Shown piece after piece: positions 49,753 to 59,832 of a stretch of DNA of 64,000 bases. Within the stretch, counting starts at the first letter, position 1. Each line of letters begins with the position of its first letter. Under the pieces are notes generated by a model that saw only the letters and a program-made list of their open reading frames with translations, searched no databases and had not been told where the DNA came from. The position numbers were made by a program, and so were the translations under genes. Source of the DNA: an uncultured Gemmatimonadales bacterium. Lineage in GTDB: Bacteria; Gemmatimonadota; Gemmatimonadetes; Longimicrobiales; Longimicrobiaceae. Where the stretch lies: assembly GCA_963716255.1 (NCBI GenBank), contig OY970303.1, positions 2,464,001 through 2,528,000 of the forward strand. Direction: 5' to 3'.

Positions 49753-51105
49753 ATGAAGTACCTCGCTTTCACCGCAGTCGTGCTCGTCGCCGTGTCCCCC
49801 CGCCTCGCCGCGCAGGGAACGCCGCGTGACCTGTCGCTCGACGAGGCGCTCCGCGTCGCGGAGCAGAACAACCCCGACTACCGCAGCGCGCAGAGCGGCG
49901 TCCGCGAGGCCTCCGCGCGCGAGCGGGAGAGCATGGGCGCCTTTCTCCCGCAGCTGAGCACCAGCCTTTCCTTCAACGGCACCATGTCCGCCAGGCGGGT
50001 GGGCGAGGACGAGTTCGGGAACCCGCTCCCCGCGGGTGAGGTGAGGGAAAGCACCCGCTCCAGCACGGGCCACGGAGCCCGCCTGGGGATTCCGCTCTAC
50101 GAGCGGGGACGGATGAGCGAGGTGAAGGCGTCCCGCGCCGACTCGCGCGGGGCGGGCGCGGCCGTGGAGGTGGAGCGCGGCAGGGTCCGCGGCGAGGTGA
50201 AGCGGCGGTACCAGGACGCGGTGCGCGCCGAGCGCCTGATCGAGCTGGAGGAGCAGCTCCTCGCCTCGGCGCGGGAGCGGCTGGACGCCACCCAGCGGCT
50301 GTTCCGCATCGCGGCGCAGGGGATGGTGGAGGTGCTGGGCGCCGAGGTGGAGGTGGCGCGGCAGGAGCAGGCGGTGGACCAGGCGCGCGGCGACGCCCGC
50401 AAGGCCAAGCTCGCCCTGGGCGAGGCGATGGGGACGCTGGACGTCGAGGGCACGAAGCTCACCACCGGGCCGGTGGAGGTGTTCGACCCGGCGTCGCTCG
50501 GGGTCGACTCGCTGGTCACGCTGGCCACGCGCGGGCACCCGCGGCTGGCCGTGGCCGCCTCCGACGTGACCGCGGCGGACTACCGGGTGAGCGCGGCGCG
50601 CGGCCAGCGCTGGCCCAAGGTGGACGCCAGCCTGGACTACGGCCGGAGCTCCCTGCGCCAGGACTACGACGCCTTCTCGGACTTCACCAACCCCTTCAAC
50701 CCGTTCGACCGCGACCTGTCGTTCGGGTTTTCCGTCTCGCTCCCCATCTTCGACCAGTTCCGCACCTCGGCCCAGGTGGCGCAGGCGAGCGCGGCCCGCA
50801 CGCGGGCACAGGAGTCTCTCCGCGCCACCCGGCTGGCGGTGGAGCGCGAGGTGCGGGCGGCGCTGATCGACCTGCAGAACACCTTCCGCTCGTCGCAGCT
50901 GTCGGAGCACGCCGCCAAGCTGAGCCGCGACCGGCTGGACATGGCGCGCGAGCAGTACCGGCTGGGCGCCATCAGCTTCACCGAGCTTCAGCAGGTGGTG
51001 GACCGCACCGCCGCGGCCGAGCGCGACGCGCTGCGGGCCCGCTTCGAGTTCGCCAACGCGCTCGCCACGCTGGAGGAGCGCGTGGGCGCCCCCGTCGGCG
51101 CCTGA
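49753..51105 (+). CDS. TolC-family outer-membrane efflux protein
   Basis: LSLDEAL...NNP, FLPQL, SLPIFD and YRLGAIS..EL motifs. Confidence 0.9.
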   Translation: MKYLAFTAVVLVAVSPRLAAQGTPRDLSLDEALRVAEQNNPDYRSAQSGVREASARERESMGAFLPQLSTSLSFNGTMSARRVGEDEFGNPLPAGEVRESTRSSTGHGARLGIPLYERGRMSEVKASRADSRGAGAAVEVERGRVRGEVKRRYQDAVRAERLIELEEQLLASARERLDATQRLFRIAAQGMVEVLGAEVEVARQEQAVDQARGDARKAKLALGEAMGTLDVEGTKLTTGPVEVFDPASLGVDSLVTLATRGHPRLAVAASDVTAADYRVSAARGQRWPKVDASLDYGRSSLRQDYDAFSDFTNPFNPFDRDLSFGFSVSLPIFDQFRTSAQVAQASAARTRAQESLRATRLAVEREVRAALIDLQNTFRSSQLSEHAAKLSRDRLDMAREQYRLGAISFTELQQVVDRTAAAERDALRARFEFANALATLEERVGAPVGA

Positions 51106-51123
51106 GAGGGAGATCCCACCCGT

Positions 51124-54100
51124 ATGTCGCTTCCCCAGCTCTCCATCCGGCGCCCCGTCGCGGTCGCCATGTTCTTCCTGGGCGTCGTCTTCCTGGGCGT
51201 CCTGTCCTTCGTCCGCCTCCCCATCGACCTCCTCCCGGACGTAGCCTACCCGCGGCTGGTGGTGTTCACCAGCAACGCCGGCGTGGCCCCCGCCGAGGTG
51301 GAGCGCTTCATCACCGAGCCGGTGGAGCAGGCGGTGAGCACCGTCCCCGGCGTGCAGAACGTGGAGAGCACGAGCCGCGAGGGCGGCTCGCTGGTGACGG
51401 TGCGCTTCGCGTGGGGCACGGACATGGACTTCGCCGCGCTGGGGGTGCGCGAGAAGCTGGACAACCTGCGCGACGCCCTCCCCGAGCTGGCCTCGCGCCC
51501 GGTGGTGCTGCGCACCGACCCGCGCAGCGAGCCGGTCATGGCGCTGTCGGTGGCGGGGAGCCGCGACCTCCCCGCGCTCAAGGACCTGGCGGAGTCGGTG
51601 TTCCGCCGGCGGCTGGAGCAGATCGACGGAGTGGCCCAGGCCACGGTGACCGGCGGCCTGGAGCGCGAGATCCAGGTGGAGGTGGACCCGCGGCTGCTGG
51701 AAAGCTACGGGCTCACCATCGACGACCTGGCGGCGACGCTGGACGCCGCCAACGCCAGCGCCCCGGGCGGAACCATCCGCCGCGGCCGCTACCGCTACTC
51801 GCTGCGCACGCTGGGCGAGTTCCAGAGCGTGGAGGAGATCGGGATGGTCCCGCTGGGCCCCGGGAGCGAGCAGGGACAGGGCGGCGGCGCCGCCGCCCAG
51901 GGGGCGAACGGCGGTGGCGCGGGGGGCGCCGGGCTGAAGCCGGTGAGCGAGGTCCTGCTGCGCGACGTGGCCCGCATCACCGACGGCTTCGAGGAGCGCG
52001 AGTCCGTGGCCCGCTTCAACGGGCAGGAAGCGGTGGGGCTCCTGGTGTTCAAGGGCGCCGAGGCCAACACGGTCCGGGTGGCGGAGCAGGTGGAGGAGGT
52101 GATGGCGCAGCTCCGCAAGGAGTACCCGGAGATCAAGCTGGAGGTGGCCATGAGCCAGGCCGGCTTCATCTCCGACGCGCTCGCCAACGTGGTGCAGGAG
52201 GTGCTCCTGGGCGGCGTCCTCGCCTTCCTGGTACTCTTCCTGTTCCTGCGCGAGGTGCGCTACCCCATCGCCGTGGCGCTCGCCATCCCCATCTCCCTGA
52301 TCGCCACCTTCGCGCTGCTCCAGGCCGCGGGCGTGTCGCTCAACCTGCTCAGCCTGGGCGGGCTGGCGCTGGGCGTGGGAATGCTGATGGACAACTCCAT
52401 CGTGGTGCTGGAGAACATCTTCCGGCACCGCGAGCGGGGCCTGGGCCCGGCCGCGGCCGCCGCCCTCGGCGCCGAGGAGGTGCAGCGGGCCATCACCGCC
52501 TCCACGCTGACCACCATCGCGGTGTTCGGCCCCATCGTGTACGTGGAGGGCGTCGCGGGCGAGCTGCTGGGCGCACTGGCGCTCACGGTGGCGTTCTCGC
52601 TCCTGGCCAGCATCGGGGTGGCGGTGACGCTGCTTCCCACCCTGGCCGCGCGCTGGGGGGAGGGCTCCGGCCGCCCGCCCGGCCGCGTGGGCGCCGCCGT
52701 GGGGCGCTTCTTCGCGCCGCCGCTGGACGCCTTCGAGCGCGGCTTCACGCGCTTCACGGAGTGGTACGAGCACCTGCTGGAAACGGGGATGCGGCACCGC
52801 GGGCGGGTGATCGGGCTGGCCATCCTGCTGCTCGCGGTGGGGCTCGGGATCGGCGCGTCGCTGGAGCGCAGCGTCCTGCCGGACGTGGACCAGGGCGCCT
52901 TCCGGGCGCGCCTCGAGATGCCGCGCGGCACCCCGCTGGACGTCACCGCGGAGGAGGCCGCCCGGCTGGAAGCCCTCTTCCGCCGCGACCGGGCGGTGGA
53001 CGCGGTGTTCACCCGCGCGGGCCGCCAGCTGGCGATCGCGGGGATGGACGAGGCGGAGAGCGGCACCCACACCGCCACGCTGGAGGTGCGCCTCAAGGAG
53101 GGAGAGAGCACCGCGGCGACGCTGGCGCGGCTCCGCGCGGGGCTCGCCGCCTTCCCGCCGGGAAGCGTGTCCATCGAATCGGGACAGGCCACCGCGCTCG
53201 GCAAGCTCCTGGGCGGCGGCGAGTCCGACCTTGCGGTGCGGATCCGCGGCGAGGACCTGGACGCCGCCCTGGCCTACGCGCAGGAGGCCGAGCGGCGCCT
53301 GGCGGGGCTGGGCGCGGTCACCAACGTGCGCCTGGGGACGGAGATGGGGCAGCCGGAGGCGCGGGTGGAGATCGACCGGGAGCGCGCGGCGCAGTACGGG
53401 ATCGATCCGCGCAAGGTGGCGGAAACGGTGGAAGCGTACATGAAGGGGAAGAAGGCCACCGAGTTCGTGGACTTCGACCGCAAGATCCCCGTGGTGGTGC
53501 GCCTCCCGGAGGCCGAGCGCCGCTCGCTGGAAACGCTGGAGGCGCTGCGGGTGGAGGGCATCCCGCTGCGCGAGCTGGTCCAGGTGCACACCGCCTCGGG
53601 GCCCTCGGAGATCCGGCGCATGGACCAGAGCCGCGTGGTGGTGGTGCACGCGGACGTGGCCCCCTCCGCCGGGGGGGTGGACGAGGCGGTGGCCGCGGTG
53701 CGCGCCACGCTCTCCTCGCTCCCCGCGCAGCACGGGCTGCGGGTGGAGATCGGCGGCGAGAACGAGGAGATGCGCAAGGGCTTCCGCGCGCTCAGCTTCG
53801 CCTTCGTGCTCGCGCTGCTGCTGGTGTACATGCTCCTCGCCGCCGAGTTCGAGTCGCTCCTGCACCCCTTCATCATCCTGCTGGCCGTCCCCCTGGCCGC
53901 GGTGGGCGCCACGGCGGCGCTCTGGCTGGCTGGCGCGGGGATCAACACCATGAGCCTCATCGGCATGGTGATCCTGGTGGGGATCGTGGACAACGACGCA
54001 GTGGTCAAGGTGGACTTCATCAACCAGATGCGGCGCGAGGGGATGACCCGCCACGAGGCGATCCGCGCCGCCGGCCACGCCCGCCTGCGCCCCATCGTGA

Positions 54101-54369
54101 TGAATTCCATCACCGCGGGGCTCGGGCTGCTCCCCATGGCGCTGGGAATCGGGCCCGGCGCCGAGCTGCAGGCGCCGCTGGCGATCGCCGTGCTCGGCGG
54201 GCTGACCAGCGCCACGGCGCTGACGCTGGTGGTGATCCCCGTCGCCTACGACGTGCTGGAAGAGTTCGGTGAGCGGATGAGCGCCTGGTGGGGACGCCCG
54301 GTCTCCGCTCCGGCCCCCTCGCCCGCCCCCGGCCCGGCGGTGAGCGCCGGCGCCGCCATGGGCGACTGA
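51124..54369 (+). CDS. RND efflux permease (AcrB/MdtB-like), subunit 1
   Basis: SIRRPV, GMLMDNSIVVLENI and RLRPIVM motifs. Confidence 0.94.
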   Translation: MSLPQLSIRRPVAVAMFFLGVVFLGVLSFVRLPIDLLPDVAYPRLVVFTSNAGVAPAEVERFITEPVEQAVSTVPGVQNVESTSREGGSLVTVRFAWGTDMDFAALGVREKLDNLRDALPELASRPVVLRTDPRSEPVMALSVAGSRDLPALKDLAESVFRRRLEQIDGVAQATVTGGLEREIQVEVDPRLLESYGLTIDDLAATLDAANASAPGGTIRRGRYRYSLRTLGEFQSVEEIGMVPLGPGSEQGQGGGAAAQGANGGGAGGAGLKPVSEVLLRDVARITDGFEERESVARFNGQEAVGLLVFKGAEANTVRVAEQVEEVMAQLRKEYPEIKLEVAMSQAGFISDALANVVQEVLLGGVLAFLVLFLFLREVRYPIAVALAIPISLIATFALLQAAGVSLNLLSLGGLALGVGMLMDNSIVVLENIFRHRERGLGPAAAAALGAEEVQRAITASTLTTIAVFGPIVYVEGVAGELLGALALTVAFSLLASIGVAVTLLPTLAARWGEGSGRPPGRVGAAVGRFFAPPLDAFERGFTRFTEWYEHLLETGMRHRGRVIGLAILLLAVGLGIGASLERSVLPDVDQGAFRARLEMPRGTPLDVTAEEAARLEALFRRDRAVDAVFTRAGRQLAIAGMDEAESGTHTATLEVRLKEGESTAATLARLRAGLAAFPPGSVSIESGQATALGKLLGGGESDLAVRIRGEDLDAALAYAQEAERRLAGLGAVTNVRLGTEMGQPEARVEIDRERAAQYGIDPRKVAETVEAYMKGKKATEFVDFDRKIPVVVRLPEAERRSLETLEALRVEGIPLRELVQVHTASGPSEIRRMDQSRVVVVHADVAPSAGGVDEAVAAVRATLSSLPAQHGLRVEIGGENEEMRKGFRALSFAFVLALLLVYMLLAAEFESLLHPFIILLAVPLAAVGATAALWLAGAGINTMSLIGMVILVGIVDNDAVVKVDFINQMRREGMTRHEAIRAAGHARLRPIVMNSITAGLGLLPMALGIGPGAELQAPLAIAVLGGLTSATALTLVVIPVAYDVLEEFGERMSAWWGRPVSAPAPSPAPGPAVSAGAAMGD

Positions 54370-54404
54370 GGCCCGTCCGGCCCTCCCCGGCACGGAGCCG
54401 CCGT

Positions 54405-55350
54405 GTGAGAACCGCCGTCCTGCTCCGGCTCGCCGGCACCGGGCTCCTCCCCCTGCTCGCCGCGTGCGGCGGCGACGCCCGCGCCGCCGGGCCCGTCGTG
54501 CGCGACAGCGCCGGCGTGCGGATCGTCGAGAACGGCGCTCCCGCCTGGAAGGAAGGAGAGGGGTGGCGCCTTTCCGACGAGCCGGCGCTGGACATCGGCA
54601 TGGTGGACGGCCCGCCGCAGTACCAGTTCGGCGACGTCGCCGGGATGGTGCGGCTGAGCGACGGCACCGTGGTGGTGGGCGACGACCAGAGCAAGGACCT
54701 GCTATCTCCGGCTGGATCCGGCCGGCGGTCCGCCGAAAAAGGTGGGGCGGTTCCCGGGGCCCGAGAGCTGGGTGCAGACGAACGGCGGCGGGATCATGGT
54801 CACGTCCCCGGCCTTCGGCCGCACCTCCAGGCTCGCGGTCGTGCCGGACGGGTTCTTCTTCGGCTCCGCGGACGCGCACGAGATCCGCAGGTACGACGCC
54901 GACGGCAAGCTGGTCCGGCTGATCCGCAGGCGGGAACGACTCCGCCCCGTCACGCCGGCCGACATCGACCGCTACAAGCAGGGCCTGAGAAAGGACATGG
55001 AGGCGTCGAAGGAGCCCTTCCTCCGGCAGATGCTGGAAAGGAGCCTGGCCGAGATGCCGTTTCCCGAGACGATGCCCGCCCACGGGGACATCCGGGCGGA
55101 CCGCGCGGGCAACCTGTGGGTGAGCGACTTCCAGCTCACCACGGAGGACGCGGGCCGCTGGACCGTCTTCGACCCGCAGGGCCGCATGCTCGGAGCGGTC
55201 GCCACGCCGCCGCGCTTCCAGGTCCACGACATCGGCACGGACTACGTGGCGGGCGTCTGGAAGGACGAGATGGACGTGGAGCACGTGCGCATGTTCTCGC
55301 TTGAAAAGTCCGGGGCGGGCAGCCATGCCTCCCCCGCGACGAACCCCTAG
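54405..55350 (+). pseudogene. Beta-propeller lipoprotein with internal deletion and frameshift
   Basis: N- and C-terminal parts align with the 55384-56622 paralogue in different frames; about 100 codons missing at ~54701. Confidence 0.8.
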
Positions 55351-55383
55351 TCCAATGCCCCATCCCTTCAACGGAGCCCCCAC

Positions 55384-56622
55384 TTGAGAGCGTCTACCCT
55401 TCTCCGCGCCGCCGGAGTCCTGGTCCTCCCGGCCCTGGCCGCGTGCGGAGCCGACACCCCCGCCGTCCGCGCCGAGTCCCGCGACAGCGCCGGCGTGCGC
55501 ATCGTCGAGAACGCAGCCCCCTCCTGGAAGGCGGGAGAGGAGTGGCGGCTCTCCGCCAAGCCGACGCTGGAGATCGGGCTCGCGAACGGCGCGGCCGCCT
55601 ACCAGTTCGGGCGGGTCACCGGGGCGGTGCGCCTCGGCGACGGCACCGTGGTGGTGGCGGACGCCCTGAGCAGGCAGCTGCGCTTCTTCGACCGCAGCGG
55701 GCGCCACGTGAAGACGGTGGGGCGCGAGGGCGGCGGCCCCGGCGAGTTCAAGAACATGAACCCGCTCACGGCGACGGGAGACTCGCTGGTGGTGGGGGAC
55801 CAGTCCAACCAGCGCGTCACCGTGTTCGCCCCGGACGGCAGCCTGCTCCGCGCCGTGCCGCTGGTGGTCCCGGGAATGGAAGGGTTCATCCGGCCGATGG
55901 GCTCCCTCCGCGACGGCAGCGTGCTCGTCGTCGCCGGGACGCTGGCCCGCGGCGAGGCCGCGGACGGGATCTCGCGCGACAGCGTCACGATCGTGCGGCT
56001 GCTCCCCGGCGGCGCCCCGCGCCCGCTGGGCCGCTTCGCGGGGGACGAGATGTTCACGCAGGGCCAGGGCGGCGCGGTGATGATGGCCCCCCGCGCCTTC
56101 GGCCTTTCCGCGGAGGTGGTGGCGTTGCCCGACGGGTTCTTCTACGGCTCCACCGACAGCTACCGGATCGGCAGGTACGACGCGGAAGGGAAGCTGCTGC
56201 GGCTGATCAACGTGCAGCAGGAGCCCCGCAAGGTCACCCCGGAAGACATCGCGCGGTACAAGGAGGGCCGGCGGCAGGCGTCCGCCCAGAGCGGGCGGCC
56301 GCCGCAGGTCCGGCAGCTCCTGGAGCGGAGCCTGGAGGCGATGTCGTTCCCGGAGACGCTGCCGGCCTACAACGAGATCCGGGCGGACCCCGAGGGCAAC
56401 CTGTGGGTGAGCGACTACCGGATCACGCCGGACGACCCCGGGCGGTGGACGGTGTTCGACCCGGAAGGGCGCATGCTGGGGACGGTCGCCACCCCCGAGC
56501 GCATGCGCGTCCTCGACATCGGCCGGGACTACGTGCTCGGCGCCTGGGCGGACGACATGGACGTGGAGCACGTCCGCATGTTCGCGCTGGAAAAGCCCGC
56601 GGGCGCCACGCGGGCCCCGTGA
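55384..56622 (+). CDS. 6-bladed beta-propeller-like lipoprotein
   Basis: LAAC lipobox; RDSAGVRIVEN, GREGGGPGEF and DPEGNLWV motifs. Confidence 0.85.
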   Translation: MRASTLLRAAGVLVLPALAACGADTPAVRAESRDSAGVRIVENAAPSWKAGEEWRLSAKPTLEIGLANGAAAYQFGRVTGAVRLGDGTVVVADALSRQLRFFDRSGRHVKTVGREGGGPGEFKNMNPLTATGDSLVVGDQSNQRVTVFAPDGSLLRAVPLVVPGMEGFIRPMGSLRDGSVLVVAGTLARGEAADGISRDSVTIVRLLPGGAPRPLGRFAGDEMFTQGQGGAVMMAPRAFGLSAEVVALPDGFFYGSTDSYRIGRYDAEGKLLRLINVQQEPRKVTPEDIARYKEGRRQASAQSGRPPQVRQLLERSLEAMSFPETLPAYNEIRADPEGNLWVSDYRITPDDPGRWTVFDPEGRMLGTVATPERMRVLDIGRDYVLGAWADDMDVEHVRMFALEKPAGATRAP

Positions 56623-56652
56623 CCGCGACCCGTCCTCATTCGCGCGACTGAC

Positions 56653-59600
56653 GTGATCCGCTTCTCCATCCGCCGCCCCATCGCCGTCGCCATGGCGTAC
56701 CTGGCCGTCTCCATGCTGGGAGTCGCGGCCTGGGTGCTCGTGCCCATCGAGCTGCTCCCCGAGACGGAGCTGCCGCGGCTCACGGTGAGCGCCTCGTGGC
56801 CGGGCGCCTCGCCGGAAGCGACGGAGGCGTTCCTCACCTCGCCGCTGGAGGCGGCCATCCAGCAGGTGCGCGGCGTGGAGAAGGTGTCCTCCACCTCGGA
56901 GGAGCAGAACGGCACGGGCGCGGCCTCCATCTCGGTGGAGTTCGCGCGGGGGACGGACATGGACTTCGTGCGGCTGGAGCTTTCCGAGCGGCTGGCGGCG
57001 CTGGACGAGGACCTTCCCGACGGCGCCGCCCGGCCCACGGTGGAAAGCTACGTCCCCGAGGAGCTCCAGGACCAGAACCGGCCCTTCCTGCGCTACACCG
57101 TCACCGGGCCGTACACGGTGGAGGCGCTCCGCAAGCACGTGGACGACGTGATCGCCCCGGAGCTGCGCCAGGTTGACGGCGTCGCCGACGTGTCCGCGCA
57201 GGGCGGGCGCGAGCGGATGCTGGAGATCCAGGTGGACGAGAAGAAGGCGCTCGCCCTGGGGCTGGACCCCTCGGCCATCGGCCAGCGCATCCGCGACCTG
57301 GAGTTCGTGCGCGAGTCGGGGGTGGTGCGGGAGGGCGGGACGGAGTACACGGTGGCGATCCGCCAGCGGGCGGAAAGCACGGTGGAGGTGCGCCGCCTCC
57401 CGCTCCTCACCGACAAGGGGCGCCTGGTGCGGCTGGAGGACGTGGCCGTGGTCCGCGACACGTACGAGGACCCGTTCACCTACTACCGCATCGACGCGCA
57501 GCCCGCGGTCTCGTTCATCGTGCAGAAGGAGATCGGCACCAACGCGGTCGCCGTGGCCGACCAGGTCAAGGCGCACCTGGAGACGATCGCCGGCACGCAC
57601 CCGCGCGGCGTGCGGCTGATCCTGGACGACGACCAGAGCGAGGCCATCCGGGCGCAGCTCACCGACCTGCGCTACCGCGCGCTCTCCGGCGGGATCATCG
57701 TCTTCGTGGTCCTGCTCTTCTTCCTGCGCTCCTTCCGCTCGGCGGCGATCGTCTTCTCGAGCATCGCGTTCTCGGTCCTCATCACGCTCAACCTCATCTA
57801 CTTCGGCGGGCTGACGCTGAACGTGCTGACGCTGATGGGGCTGGCGATGGGGTTCGGGCTGGTGATCGACAACTCGGTGGTGGTGCTGGAAAACATCTTC
57901 CGCCGCCGCAAGCTGGGCGACTCGGCGGAGGAAGCCGCCCGGCGAGGCTCCGGGGAGATGGTGCTCCCGGTGCTGGCGGCGACGCTCACCACCATCATCG
58001 TCTTCGTCCCCTTTGTCTACCTGCAGGGCGAGCTGCGCCTCTTCTACATCCCGCTGGCGATCGTGGTGGGGTTCACCAACGTGGCCAGCCTGTTCGTGAC
58101 GTTCACCTTCATCCCGGCGCTGGCCGGCCGGCTGCTGCGGGTACAGCGCCGCTTCCGCCCGGCGCCGGACGCGGCGGGCGCACCGGGTGCGGGGCCGGCG
58201 GCGGTCGCGGCGCCGGAGCGGGCTCCCGCCTACGTGCGCCTGTACTCGGGGATGGTGCGCGGGTCGCTGCGCTTTCCGTGGGTGACGGTGGTGGTGTCGC
58301 TGATGGCGCTGGCCGGGTCGTGGTACCTGTTCGACACGTACGTCACCCGCGGCACGGTGTGGCGGCCCTGGTGGGAGCGGGAATCGTACATCTCCATCAG
58401 CGTGGACCTGCCGCGCGGCGAGGAGCTGGAGCGCACGGACGAGCTGGTGCGCTTCTTCGAGGGCCAGCTGAAGCAGATGCCGGAGGTGGAGCGCTTCACC
58501 ACCAACGTGCGCCCGCAGGCCGCGCGCATCGTGGTCACCTTCCCGGACTCGCTGGAGAACTCCGGGATCCCGGCCGCGATCAAGGAGCAGATGGAGGCGT
58601 ACAGCCACCTCTTCGGGGGGGCGGAGGTGCGCGTGACCGGGTACGGGCCCTCCTTTTACGGCGGGGGCGGGAGCCCGCCCAACTACTCCATCCAGGTGCT
58701 GGGCTACAACTACCAGACGGTGCGCGACATCGCGGACGACCTGGGCGAGCGGCTGACGCGCTTCTCGCGGATCCAGGACGTGGACACCAACTCGTCCGGC
58801 GCCTGGTACGTGCGCGACAAGGCGACGGAGGTGGTGCTGCGCATCGACCGGCGGCGGCTGGCGCTGCACGGGCTCTCGGCGAACGACGTGGCCAACCGGG
58901 TGGCGTCGGCGGTGGGGGGGCAGTCGCGGCGCGACCGGGTGCGGCTGGCCGGCGAGGAGGTGGGCTTCGCCATCCGCACGGGCGACCGGGAGCAGATGGA
59001 CGTGCTCTCGCTCCAGGAGATGCTGATCCCCGCGCCCTCCGGCGAGGCGGTGCGCCTGGGCGACGTGGCGGCGCTGGAGGAGCGGGAGGTGCTTTCGCGC
59101 ATCCTCCGCGAGGACCAGCAGTACCAGCGCACGGTGAGCTACGAGTTCCGCGGCCCCACCAAGCTGGGCGACCGGGTGCAGAAGGCGGTCATCAACGCCA
59201 CGCGCCTTCCGGCCGGCTACAGCATCAAGGGCAAGGAGGACTGGCGCTGGTCGGACGAGGAGCAGGAACAGATCTGGGGGGTGCTGGCGGTGTCGCTGGT
59301 GCTCATCTTCATGGTGACGGCGGCGCTCTTCGAGTCGCTCCGCCTGCCGCTGTGCGTGCTGCTCACGGTGCCCATGGCGCTGATCGGGGTGTTCCTGACC
59401 TTCTTCTTCGCCGACGCGAGCTTCACCCGCGAGGCGTTCATCGGGGTGATCATGATGGGCGGCGTGGTGGTGAACAACGCCATGCTGCTGGTGGACCACG
59501 TCAACCAGCTCCGCCGCGGCGACGGGCTGCCGCTGGAGCCGGCGATCCTGCGCGGGACGCTGGAGCGGGTGCGCCCCATCCTGATGACCAGCGCGGTGAC

Positions 59601-59832
59601 CATCCTGGGGCTGCTGCCGCTGGTGGTGTTCAGCGAGTCGGCGGACTCCAACATCTGGAACGCCATGGGCTACGCGCTCCTGGGCGGGCTCGCCAGCTCC
59701 ACCGTGCTGGTGCTGACGGTGACGCCCGCGCTGTACCTGCTCTTCGAGCGCGGGCCGGAGCGGAAGAAGCTGGCCGCCGCGGCGCCGGCCGCGCCGGCCC
59801 TCCAGCCGGTGCCGGAGCCGGTGCCGGCGTGA
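56653..59832 (+). CDS. RND efflux permease, subunit 2
   Basis: SIRRPI, GLVIDNSVVVLENI, GVVVNNA and RVRPILMT motifs. Confidence 0.94.
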   Translation: MIRFSIRRPIAVAMAYLAVSMLGVAAWVLVPIELLPETELPRLTVSASWPGASPEATEAFLTSPLEAAIQQVRGVEKVSSTSEEQNGTGAASISVEFARGTDMDFVRLELSERLAALDEDLPDGAARPTVESYVPEELQDQNRPFLRYTVTGPYTVEALRKHVDDVIAPELRQVDGVADVSAQGGRERMLEIQVDEKKALALGLDPSAIGQRIRDLEFVRESGVVREGGTEYTVAIRQRAESTVEVRRLPLLTDKGRLVRLEDVAVVRDTYEDPFTYYRIDAQPAVSFIVQKEIGTNAVAVADQVKAHLETIAGTHPRGVRLILDDDQSEAIRAQLTDLRYRALSGGIIVFVVLLFFLRSFRSAAIVFSSIAFSVLITLNLIYFGGLTLNVLTLMGLAMGFGLVIDNSVVVLENIFRRRKLGDSAEEAARRGSGEMVLPVLAATLTTIIVFVPFVYLQGELRLFYIPLAIVVGFTNVASLFVTFTFIPALAGRLLRVQRRFRPAPDAAGAPGAGPAAVAAPERAPAYVRLYSGMVRGSLRFPWVTVVVSLMALAGSWYLFDTYVTRGTVWRPWWERESYISISVDLPRGEELERTDELVRFFEGQLKQMPEVERFTTNVRPQAARIVVTFPDSLENSGIPAAIKEQMEAYSHLFGGAEVRVTGYGPSFYGGGGSPPNYSIQVLGYNYQTVRDIADDLGERLTRFSRIQDVDTNSSGAWYVRDKATEVVLRIDRRRLALHGLSANDVANRVASAVGGQSRRDRVRLAGEEVGFAIRTGDREQMDVLSLQEMLIPAPSGEAVRLGDVAALEEREVLSRILREDQQYQRTVSYEFRGPTKLGDRVQKAVINATRLPAGYSIKGKEDWRWSDEEQEQIWGVLAVSLVLIFMVTAALFESLRLPLCVLLTVPMALIGVFLTFFFADASFTREAFIGVIMMGGVVVNNAMLLVDHVNQLRRGDGLPLEPAILRGTLERVRPILMTSAVTILGLLPLVVFSESADSNIWNAMGYALLGGLASSTVLVLTVTPALYLLFERGPERKKLAAAAPAAPALQPVPEPVPA

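Noticed and set aside
48358..59499. 3713-aa minus-strand ORF
   Set aside because: Antisense shadow of the RND cluster; extreme GC suppresses stops; Arg/Gly/Pro/His-rich with no recognisable motifs
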